Assembly: GCA_040285825.1 (NCBI GenBank)
Contig: JAUPSS010000008.1
Location: forward strand, 558,001-622,000
DNA: 64,000 bases
Reading direction: 5' to 3'
Source: Eukaryota sp. TZLM1-RC
Taxonomy: Eukaryota > Protista > Metamonada: BaSk clade
Made by a program: the position numbers and the translations under genes
The notes under the pieces: model-generated
The model's database searches: none
The model's input: only the letters and a program-made list of their open reading frames with translations
Told to the model about the DNA's origin: nothing
Part shown: positions 33,787-45,000 of the stretch, piece by piece
Numbering within the stretch: the stretch's first letter is position 1
Layout: each line of letters starts with the position of its first letter

Positions 33787-34932
33787 TTATATTCTCAAGT
33801 TGAAAAGTTTTCCTTCTTTTGATAGCAAGAAAATGTCATGATTTGTCTTTGCTATGCTAGAAATTTCAAACTCAATAGGAATACACGAGGACCTAATCCA
33901 TTTGTACTCTCCTGGGTCAACACTTTTATTATAAAGAAATGATCTACAAGGTCCAACAAATACAATATACAAATAGGAACAGTCCCAACAAAGCAAGCAA
34001 TCAAAGTCAATCCAAGAATGACCAATCAGACTTTTGGAGACCAAATTGTCAACTTCCTCATGCAAAGTAAATGTGGTAGCTGAGGTCTGTTTTCTTATTT
34101 TCAGATTGTGGGGAGAAAGAACTGTGGTACCAATGACCTTATTAAAAATAAAATCATACAAAATTAAAGAATGTTTAGAAACTAGCAAAAGACTTGTTTT
34201 TGTTGGAGAACAAAGGACCGCATCAAGCATGAAATCATGTGGTAATGCTAAGGTAAAGGAAGAAACACCACCATCAATGGGGTTGACTTGAACAATTAAA
34301 TGGGATGAAAAAACGACAAATAAGGACTTTGAATTGGGAGAAAAAAACATATTAATAGGAAAATTGAAGCAAAGATTAACAGAGGTAATTGATCTCAAAT
34401 GTCTTTTAATATCCACTATAACGTAGGGTTTAGTTGACTTCGCTGGAGAGAACAAAAACAGCTGTTGACTTCTGCACAGTAAACCTATTAAAAGTTCCCT
34501 TGTATTATCTGAGCTTGCTAAAAGAAGGGGATGTTGAGACTTGGGGTTGGTAATGGTTAAAAATGACACAACTGCTTTCTTAAGAGGGGAGTAGATCAGA
34601 ACAGCAGGAGAAAGAGAAGGAAATGTAGTTACGAAGAGTGGAGAATTGTGAAACATAGTAAAGTGAGAGTGTTGTGGATGACCCCATTGAAATGAAAAAG
34701 ATGAATGAAAGACTAAGGAATGGCTCGAGAGGAAAATATCGAATTTCGATTGATCAACAACAGCTACATAATGCGATGAGGAAGAAGCGGACAAGCACGA
34801 TGTAGAATGAACTGCCAAATCATCAACAAGTGTTAAACTCGGATTAAAAGGAAGGAATGTTTTGCGATCTTCTAGCACGTCAGCTGAACTGTCATTTAAA
34901 TGAGATAGCTCTGATAGAAAGTCGTGAAGCAT
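33787..34932 (-). CDS. Hypothetical protein, possibly a beta-propeller
   Basis: Long ORF; first ATG at 34932; beta-strand-like periodicity. Confidence 0.65.
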   Translation of the reverse strand: MLHDFLSELSHLNDSSADVLEDRKTFLPFNPSLTLVDDLAVHSTSCLSASSSSHYVAVVDQSKFDIFLSSHSLVFHSSFSFQWGHPQHSHFTMFHNSPLFVTTFPSLSPAVLIYSPLKKAVVSFLTITNPKSQHPLLLASSDNTRELLIGLLCRSQQLFLFSPAKSTKPYVIVDIKRHLRSITSVNLCFNFPINMFFSPNSKSLFVVFSSHLIVQVNPIDGGVSSFTLALPHDFMLDAVLCSPTKTSLLLVSKHSLILYDFIFNKVIGTTVLSPHNLKIRKQTSATTFTLHEEVDNLVSKSLIGHSWIDFDCLLCWDCSYLYIVFVGPCRSFLYNKSVDPGEYKWIRSSCIPIEFEISSIAKTNHDIFLLSKEGKLFNLRI

Positions 34933-35029
34933 GATGAAAACATGATCCAATGAATCAAGTCTAATAATCCTCTTTTGAAGAAAAAACAAAAGATAACATT
35001 TGCCCAAACCTTTCTCTTTGCAACATTAA

Positions 35030-35640
35030 TGGTCAACGATCGTGAAGGTTCTGCTCTTTGCCTTGAATAGGTGAATAAGTGATGTTGCACTATTGGTATC
35101 CTTGTTCCAGCAGATACCACATTTACACTTCTGACAGCGTAACAATACCTGATATGGAACCCTTTTTACCTTCTCCTTCTTTTGGAAGCTCTTTTTTTTC
35201 ATTTTTTTGAGTGGGACCAGTTGTTTCCTCAGTTTCCATTCTTATTCTTTCCTCTTTTTCTCATATTTCTCACTCCACCAATCGAATTGTCCAGACATTC
35301 TGATTTCTCTTATTAGTACACGAACATCATCCTTAATTTTCTATTTAGTTCCGTTTTTTTCTTGTATCACCATACCCACATGCTACACATCTAGCAATTG
35401 TTCTAAATTCATCCACTAACATTTTTCTCTAATTTCCACTTTACAGAAGGATTTTTTTCCTTTACGATTTTTCCCAGGATTCCAATAACCAAAAGCTATT
35501 ATAGTGCCTTTTGGGACAGCATCTTTATCATGATGTAGATTTAGTAAATTCTTTTTTTAACAAATGTAATTATTTTTTTCCACTTTTTTGTACTTTTACG
35601 CTGCTTGATAATTTGGTGCTTATGTAGCACAAAAATCTGT
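35030..35640 (-). pseudogene. Fanzor C-terminal relic (not in the ORF track)
   Basis: Minus strand: TIIAFGYWNPGKNRKGKK..VEIR, LVDEFRTIARCVAC, VLLRCQKCKCGICWNKDTNSA. Confidence 0.85.
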
Positions 35641-36453
35641 TTCAAAATAAAGAATCTGGTGATTTTGATAGACTGGGAGTAAACGAAAAATGAAGAAGTA
35701 GCTTCATGACCAAGGGGAAGCGTCTGTCATACAGTGTGAATAATGCCCTCATCTATCAAGTTTTACAGCTGTCACCTTGTTTCCGACTTCTAGGTGCCCA
35801 TTCTGAGAAGTTCTTTCTAATTCTAACCCCTGGTTATCATTTTTTGCCATATTTGACTCATTGACTAGCTTACACTTAGAGCTGCTTAAGTAACAATATA
35901 TGCTAACTCATAAAGAAGTTAGGCCATCCTGTTTGGGTTCCTTGGTTGGTTTATATGGATTAGTTTTGACTCCATTACCAATGAGTCTTGCGACTTCAAC
36001 TATACCCTTTGAATGTCTTTTTCTACTCTTCTCTCTTTTGTTGCTACCTTATTCACGAAGTTAAACTCTGCTACTCTCTTTTTCTATGTTCATTCCTCTC
36101 CCTACTGAACTCCTTCCTAGACCGTTGCGCCTCTTCTATTTATTGTCTATACCATACTACTGATAGCTTTTGTTAAATAAATATTAACTTTTTATTTATT
36201 TGTTAAAAGATACACACACTTTTAAAACCTATAGATATAACAGGGAAGTTTTTCGGAATGATTGTTACGTATTTATGATCATTCTTAACCATTAGTTCAC
36301 GGTAGAACAGATCAGGAGACTCATGGACAGGTCAGAGTAAGTGGTGTCTTCACAGGCTTTCAGTTTTAGGGAAGAAAGATCGAACAGAGATAATCAGTGA
36401 AGATCCAATTTTTTTGCCTGCAGAATTAGCAAGTGTTTAACTTGTCCTTCCCA

Positions 36454-37359
36454 ATGGGGACATTTGATATTAGCACGTTTTTATCAACCCCATTGTCAAA
36501 TACAAACGTAACTAAACTAGTTTCTCTACTTAGTGAAGCCACTAGCTTACCTTCTCATGGATCCTCACTGAATCAAGTTTTGACAAAAATGGAAAGCATT
36601 TTAACTACATTTGTGGACAGATCCTCCATCCATATAAGAGCAGCTGTTTGTCGTTGCCTGGTGATCATAGCAGAACAAAGAAGTTTTGAGGCAGCACGTG
36701 CTATAGACCTTCTTACTGCTGCAGTGATTTCCTCGGACGACCATTGTCGAGTTGCAATTCTCCATCTGGTGGTAGAACTCTTCTTTGCATCAAGCTCTGG
36801 CATTTTAAACCAATTTTCTGGTGTGGCTGCCAGGAAAATCCTGACACACATTGCCCAAAGTCTAAATAATTCAGAATCATTTGTGAATCTGTTTGTTTCC
36901 CTGTTGGTTGAGTTAATTTCTCCATCAGTTCTCAAAGAGAAACATTCTGAATTGGTTAGTTTCATCACTTTCATTTTGTCGAAGTGTCCACGAGAACCTA
37001 CAGTAGCAGCAGGGGTGGATCCTCTTCATCTGCTTAGTTCAACTGTTCTCAACTGCCTGGCAAAGGAGCTTTTTAACTACCAATCAAATGATGATGTGCT
37101 AAATTTGGAATATGATAATTCTATTGCCAATGACAATGCAAAGTCTGTCATCCTTTCAATTTTACCAAAAGTGTCACCCCTTTGCCTAATGGATTTTACA
37201 GATTCTTTGGTTAAGCACTTGGAGACAGTCACCGAAACATTACTTTTTAACGACTATGGAAAGATTGTTTCTTGTATATTTGAATTGTTAGATGTCATCA
37301 AAACTTTGACTCCAGTGTCTGTTTTTCAGGACAGTTGGGAGAAAGCTTATTTGGCATAA
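36454..37359 (+). CDS. Hypothetical alpha-helical (HEAT-like) protein
   Basis: About 300-aa ORF; DRSSIHIRAAVCRCL resembles a HEAT repeat. Confidence 0.65.
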   Translation: MGTFDISTFLSTPLSNTNVTKLVSLLSEATSLPSHGSSLNQVLTKMESILTTFVDRSSIHIRAAVCRCLVIIAEQRSFEAARAIDLLTAAVISSDDHCRVAILHLVVELFFASSSGILNQFSGVAARKILTHIAQSLNNSESFVNLFVSLLVELISPSVLKEKHSELVSFITFILSKCPREPTVAAGVDPLHLLSSTVLNCLAKELFNYQSNDDVLNLEYDNSIANDNAKSVILSILPKVSPLCLMDFTDSLVKHLETVTETLLFNDYGKIVSCIFELLDVIKTLTPVSVFQDSWEKAYLA

Positions 37360-37449
37360 AAGGGTGCCCAGTAAATCTATTGGATTTGATTATTTTCAGT
37401 TATTTTGCTTCATAATTTTGAAAGAATTCCTAAAATTGCATAAATTCCA

Positions 37450-38200
37450 TTTTTAGTTCACTATAAACTTTCTGGTCTTGCGTCTCCTACAATAGTAACA
37501 ACCACAACAGCCCAAAAACAAAGATTTTGTAGATCTCATCGTATCACTTTGTCTCCTCTTGAATGAGGAAAAGCACATGAAATAACCACAGTTGGAGTCG
37601 TTTAAGCCCTTTTCGTATGCTAGTAGCCCATGGTAGAAATAATAATCTGTAACTATTTTTGATTTGTCTAGTCATTGTTAAGGTTTATTCCAGGATGGTA
37701 AACAAGCAAACTATAAAAGACTACAATCCAAAGCAAGACTCAAATTAAGTGATCATTAACTGAATGAAGGAATATTCTCACAATTTACAGGTTCATGAGC
37801 ACAACTGTTCTGAAACTCAGTGATAGTAGAAAATATTGGGTCAAAATAATGGTAGATAATATGGCAGAGCCTTAAAGAGCGAGAAAAACAATTCTGCTCT
37901 TCCAGATAAGTTGATCAAAAGAAGCTCCGAAGTCTTTCAAGAAACTGTATAAATCATTCGGGAATGATAGTTCTTCCTTGCCTAAAGTACCGCAAAGAGA
38001 AATTGCAATAGGAACAAAAACAAAGTCAATGTTGTAACAAAAGCAATTGTGTAAATCAAACTTAATTCTTTATTATAACATTTCGGATACACAAAATTTG
38101 ATAGTACTAGTGCAATAGACAAAGAAGAAAGGTGTGTTGTAAACAAACCAAACGATTTGATGAATTCAGTATTAGTTGTATTAGTACTAGTCAAGAGTGT
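37450..38200 (-). pseudogene. Possible decayed membrane-protein gene
   Basis: Hydrophobic reading frame with scattered stops continuing past ORF 37982..38239. Confidence 0.3.
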
Positions 38201-38239
38201 TGTTACGCTTTCCCATATTTTAAACTGTAAGTATTTCAT

Positions 38240-38880
38240 AACTTATCGCTCAATTGTTCATGACTCTGTTCGTGATCAATTATATGCCATGTGCAAAAGT
38301 TTCAATATAGAGGTTTATTGAGCCATTAGTACGTAAGCTGTCTTCAGATCAAACTGATGATTCCTATGGTAAAAGAAGGGCAGATTGAGTAGCTCCAGGG
38401 ATCGATGGTGTTCTAAATGTTGTAGATGTTGTCTCAGTTGATGTTTGCAAAAATTCTGCTGCTCGTTTAGTGTATTCCGCTGATTCGCCGTTATCTACCG
38501 CCGAAAAAAAGAAGATTAAAAAATATGAGGAACCTTTGGCACAGTTAGGTAGAGTGGAACATGTGAAATATCAGTTTGTGCCGTTTGCAATTTCTCTTTT
38601 TGGCAATATTGGACCTTCAGGGTTGCACTTTTTTGAAAATTTCAAAAAAGTGTTACTAAATAGGTCTAGTAAAACAATGAATTCCACTTTCTGGTTAAAT
38701 AGAATTGTTTTTTGCATTTTCAAGTCTATTCCAACAATGATTTCAAAGGCACTTTTAGCTATTGGTGTAGAATATGAACGTAATGCTGTGAGTAGGTTTA
38801 GTAATAGTGACGCTTGTTTGGAGGATATTGAATTCTAGATAGATTTTTCTTATCTCAATAAATATTTCAGTTAAAAAAAA
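38240..38880 (+). mobile_element. RLE non-LTR 3' fragment (...LEDIEF*)
   Basis: TYRSIVHDSVRDQ, RRAD, VVDVVSVD, AEKKKIKKY; AATAAA and an A-run. Confidence 0.88.
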
Positions 38881-39055
38881 GTATTAGTTGTGAGTTTATT
38901 TGATATTAATTGACAAGTAATTATTGTTTAGCAGATGGAAGACCAACTGTGTTTTACTTGTCTCAAAAGCACCTTGCTATGATATTATCAACTATCACTA
39001 AATTTATTCAATTCAATTAATTTGAATAAAGGTGTTTTGACTCAACACAAACATT

Positions 39056-42000
39056 ATGTCCGAAGGAGGGTTCTCCTCATCCTCCGATACAAACAGTCAT
39101 GACCATACTCCTCTTTCTACCAAACCCCATCACAGTCCAGAAATTCGTACTATATTCCGACCATCGTTTGCACCTAATTCTCATAGCAGAAGCCAAATAT
39201 CTCGTTCAAATTCTCCTTTGAAATACCAAGGCAGTGTTCTTTCCTCTCCCAACTTATTAAAAGAACCCCATAGATACATTAAACTTCATCCAAGGGACTC
39301 GAGTCCCCTCTCTCCTCTGTCAGAACTTAATTCACGTCCCTCTTCTCCATGTTCTCCTACATCTCAATCAGCTTCTCCACCTGCTCTCCTTTCAGCTCTA
39401 TCACCTCCCCCAAATCCTTCTGCTCACCACCCTAAGTCCAAGCTATCTAAAAAATCCTCTATTGGCACCAAATCAACGGCCTCCTTAGCAACAGTTTCTT
39501 CACTTACATCAGATAGATTTGATTCGGTTGTTCGACGTGTAAGCAATGATCCTGATCTTTCCCGTATGCATAGTATTGCCAAACTGCCACGTGCCGGTCG
39601 TCTCTGTTCTTCTTTAGCAGATGTTGACGGAGCATTCGATAGGACTGAATCAAATAAAGAAATTTTATCATTATTAAGCAATCAATCAGTCGACAATGGA
39701 AACTGGTCGCTCTTAGTCAAGATTTTTGACAGTCAGATTGTTCCAAGGCTTCGATCAATCAATTCCAAGTCAAATGAACATTTGTTGTGTAATCACCTCA
39801 GATTAGATTCTGACAAGACCAATCATAGTTGGGTTACTTTTTTCGATGATGCTGGCTTGTTTTCACCAGTAAAGCACAAAAAAGGTCATAAACAAGGCCA
39901 GAAAAGTCAAGAAAGTCAAGAACAGTCTTTTCTTGATCTAGAACTGACCAGATTGGAACTGAAAAGTCAATATGATTCTGCATATTCAGCTGGGTTGAGC
40001 CTTTCTCCCTCTGATTTGATTGGAGTCACGGTCAGTCACGTGGGAGAAGATCATAATTCACATGAAGTCGCAGCAAGTCAAGTTAATATTGGTCTGCTGT
40101 ATTTTGCCAGAGTTGCAACCATTATTAATGTTAACCAACGTTTTCTCTCCCAATTTTTGAATTGTGGCGAAGTAGAATTTGGGCTTGATCTGTTATACGA
40201 ATGTTTTGTCTTGTCCAGACTTTTGTTGACTAGTCTTGGGAATTCTGACCTAGATGACGTGATTATCGACTCTCCACCTGTCGGTTTTACATATTCTGAT
40301 CCTACCTTGGAAAAACTGTTTTCTTCATTTAGTGATTTCTCTACAGAATTGCAACATCAAGCTGCGTTTTATTTCAAATATTTAGTTTCCATTCTTAAAA
40401 CAATAAGTGAACGTACTTCTAATTTATCTTATTTATTATTGTTAAATTCTCAAATTGAAAATGTTTTATTCAATATTGAGACCTTTTCTATTAGTGAACT
40501 ATCTGTGGAATTTGTTGAATTAATTCAGCTGAAGACGGAAATTTGCTGCAAACTTACATCTAATAATTTGTCCATTGGGAATTCATATGAAGATTCATTG
40601 ATTTTATTGAAAGCGGATTTGATTAGGTATTCAAATTTTTTAAATCACATTAATAAGGATTTTGTAATTAGCGGTGTGACTCAATCATTAAATCATTTAA
40701 TCAGTTTCTTGCTTGGTCAGCTTGACCTCGAAAGAATTCATGATTTTGATCCTTGTAAACTTTATTCGGATAACTCCTTCCAAAGTATTTCGTCAGAGTA
40801 TTTTCTTGATAGCAATGGTGAGGTTGATTCAGTTGATATGAATGAAGTTGTCAGTGGCTTGAATATTTCCAATGTTATCCCTACTGAGCTGATCCCGTGG
40901 TTTTGTGATCTTTTTGATTGTCTTTTACCAATCAAATCTCCTATTTTGGCTGTGTGCGGAATGAAATTATCAGCCCATTTCCTCATCAATTTGGATTTTC
41001 CTAAAACCCTTTATTATTTGTTAAATTCTCTCAAGTGTTGTACGTTTGTTTCCCCTTCAATCATTTCCATTAATCAATTAGTCAATTTTTTGATCTGGTT
41101 CTTTGCTTGTTTCCACAGTGTTCATGAAACTCTGCAATTTCTTTCCAATTTGTCGAATCCAATTGAGACCAACTTCACCACTAGAAATCAATCAAATTAC
41201 ATCACGTCTCGCAATCAAAACTCCAATCAATCATTTGTCAGTTGGTTTGATAGTTTCCTTTCTCAACTTGATGAAGGGATCAAAATCGGGTCTTTTTGGT
41301 CTGATATGTCCGCCATTGACTCATTTCAAACGTGTTTTTCTTCTATAACTCACAAAATTTCCAATCTTCGAACGGTTCATCATCGGCAGCAGCTAATCAA
41401 TCAAATCAAAAGAATTTTAAAGACTTTTTACTCTTCAACAGAACTCTGTATCTCTTACACTGATGTCTATTCGTCACTTGAAGAATGTTTAGAGGATCTT
41501 GCAGATTACGATGAAATTAAGTGTAGAAAAGAAGAAGACTTGATGTTTACTTGGATCGAGTTAATTAAGGTGGTGGATTATAATATGAGGTATGTGACGT
41601 CTTTGTTTAGTAGAATTGTCAGTGAAAGAAGGCGCTTGGGCTTTTGTAATAAAAAGAAGAAACACAATTTAATCAAACAAAAGAATTGTTTTTCGTTAAT
41701 TCAACTCTTGCATGAATCTAAATTGGTTCTCACTGATTCGCTGAAAATTTCAAAGGTTTTGGCTAAATCAGTGCTATTTGGATCAAAAGCAGCTCAAGAA
41801 GAGATCACTCGATCAAAGTTTATGCCACCATTGAAAATTTTGTCACAGTATTCCATAAAGGATCAAAATTTGTCAGTTTTTGACAAATTAAGCAGTCTTC
41901 TCTGGTCAAGATTAGTCAAGATCACTGTAGATCTTTCTGACACTCTTTTGCAAATATTTGCCTTTCATCATTCCTGGAAAAGACTTTGTAATTCAGTCAC

Positions 42001-45000
42001 AATGCTTACTTTTGTTTATCACCAACGTCCTCTCTTCCTCTCTCCCTTTTCTTCCAGCGTTTGTCTGCTCTGGAACGAAATTCAGAGATACCCAACAGAA
42101 TTAGTTAAAGATATAGGAGAAGGTGTTTGTTTCGACTACAAGGAGAGTTATTGTAAAATGTCGGTAGTAGCTCATAACGATGACGTGGTCGTCCAAAATG
42201 ATGACGTGTTTGATTCAGATCCTGAAGATTTGGTTGAATTTGATGATCACTCTATCACTGAAGTCCGGGTTTCAAAAAGTGTTGCAGGAGTATCTTCTCT
42301 TCCCAAAGTACAACTTGCTGTTCCTAATAAAGAAATAGAATTCATCAGAAGACAATGTTCTTGCCATCATCCTTTTGCCATTCAATCTTTGCTGTATTTA
42401 GGAACTCAATATTATAAAGAAGGTTTTTTTGATCATTCCAAGATATTACTACTGGAATGTCTAGAAGTTTGTTTGAATAGTCCAGATATCCCAATCAATG
42501 TTCTTGTCACTGTTTGGAACGACCTATTTAAAATTGCAAAGCAGACTGAGAATCCTTATGAACTGTTATCTTGGTTAAATGAACAAGAAAGTTATTACAA
42601 GCATCTTAAGTCAGAGTCAAATGAGGCTGTTTCGAAGTATTTAGAACTTTTAGGTGAGGCTTCCTTGCTTGTTCGCCAAGATAAGGTCTCCCACACACGT
42701 TACCTCTACCAACTACGATACTCAGAGGAGGTCAGCTCATCAGTCACTACTGCTTCTGTGGCGCGAATCCTTCACTTAAATAGGGAATATGCCTTTCTTT
42801 TCCTTAAAGAGAACGCTCATGCAGAAGTTTCTACAGTTTTGGAAAATTCCCTATCCCTACACTCAAATTATTCCAATCCCGCTGATGTCGGCTTTCTCTC
42901 TGATTGGCATCTTTATTCTAAGACCAAGCTGGTCTTGGCCAAGAACTTCGAAGGTGAAGGTAGATACGTGGATGGGTCCGTGGAATTGGAAAAGGCACTG
43001 GCAAAGAGACCTTCTGTTGTTCCTCTTCACGACAACTTGTCAAGTCGTCTGTTTGATGAAATTTTCCGCTTGAGGTCACTTGATGTCGACCAACAAAAAG
43101 AACCTGCACCGCCTACTGAGACACACGTTTTTGCTTTTGTCTTTGGCGAGTACAGAGCTGCTATTAGTCTTGTAAAAGCAAGATTTCCAAGTTTCTCTGA
43201 AAAGTTTACGTCATTCAGTAACCCTGAGAATCTTTCTGAATTTAAATCATTATTAAAATCAGTTCCACATTTTTCCAATATTTGTGGGTCTCTAGCTAAG
43301 TTGCTAGCTGCTGGTACCAGGTTTTCTGAGTCAATTACTGTTTATAAGTTTCAACTTTTTTGTATGTCATGCTTACTTCCAACTGATCATCATTCATTTT
43401 CTGCGGTTTGGAAGAAGTTGTTGTTCGCCTACTCCCAACAGCTCAGAAGTACACGTGATTTGATAGAGTTTATCGACTCGGAAAGGCAAAATTTCGGGTC
43501 TTTTCTACCTCCTTCCCACTGCTTAATCACTCTTTTGGATTCTGAATCAAAGAAGTTAACAGAAAGAATGGCAAGATTGGAAAAGTGGCTGGCCGTTGGA
43601 GGGTTCTATACTCTGTACTTTGTTATTGGCATTTTCTTTTTTTTCTTTGCACCCCCAATCAACCAGATACTTTCTTTTTGGAATAGAAACACTTCTTGGA
43701 CCTATTTTTTGCTTTGGTCGGTGGAGTTTGTTTTATTAGTTTTGGCTCTTTACCTCGTCAGATGGCCTCAATTGCCTAACGACTCTGCTGACCAACGGAG
43801 AATTTCCCGGATACAACGAAGCAAGACGATTAACAAATGCTGTCTGGTTATTACAACCCACAGATCTGCTGATATTATAGCGCAAACTTTGAAAAGTGCT
43901 CTGAAAATATTTCCAGCTAACAAAATCTATATTGCTGATAATGGCAACTCTACCAACCCTTTAGATAATACAAGGGAAGTAGTTGCCCAGTGTGATCCTT
44001 CTATCAATTACCATTGGATCTCTACTGGCAATAAGACATTGGCTACATGGTGGACTGTTAGTTATTGTGTTCAAGAGGACTTTGTCATGACCATCGATGA
44101 CGACGTCCTTCTCCCCCAGGACTTAGTCATTCCCCTTGATGAATTTGAAGATGGTCAAACAAAGTGCCTTGCTTTCACAATCAGGGCAGATAATCTTTGT
44201 AAAGCTAATGGTAAGCTTAATATTATTGCACACTTCCAAGACGTTGAATACAAGCTTGCTGGACTTTTCAAGCTCTTCCAGTCCAAGATCCAGTCCTCAC
44301 TTTGTCCACATGGAGCAATCAGCATGTGGGAAAGAGAAACATTCATGAAGGTGCTCAAACGGCATAACTGCACCTTTCACGGAGAAGATCTCCAGTGCGG
44401 TTTAGTGTTGCATGAACTAAACAAGAACTACAGAATTGCCACAGTCGGAAGGGTTTGCGTACCCACCACTGTACCAGATCATTTGCTTTGTAGAAAGCTC
44501 TTTAAATGTAAATGTGCATCTGGCTACAGTCTCCTGGTTCAGAGAATCAAAAGCTGGGACATCACGGCCCATAGGTTTAGTATTCGTCTAATAGGTTTAT
44601 TATTGTTTTATTGGAAACGAAATACTTTTGTTTTAAAGCCGTTCATAATCTTTGAGTTATGGACCGTCATTATGGATTGGATCAGAGTTTCCTTGCTTAT
44701 TTACATTATTATGCAAAATCCTTTTGTGTTTCTTCTGGGGATGACAGTAACCCATGCTATTTACACTATATTTTTGGTTTTTTTCAATTACTGGGTTCTT
44801 AGGGACCGGCACGACCTTAGATCCCCTATTCTAGTAGTTTTGTTGTTCCCCTTTTACAGATATTTGTTGCTTCTTTTCAGGGCCATCGCCTTGGTTCACA
44901 ACTTGCTTTATTATACTCCTTTTGTTCGTAATAGAATAGCAATTAAGGATCGGAACGATCTTCCTTTACCCCCAAAATTTGAAGAAGAGATCAGTCTGTT

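Noticed and set aside
36290-36453. Another Fanzor tail (SNRD) and a small hairpin before the ATG at 36454
   Set aside because: No supporting Cys or RuvC motifs; the similarity is too weak
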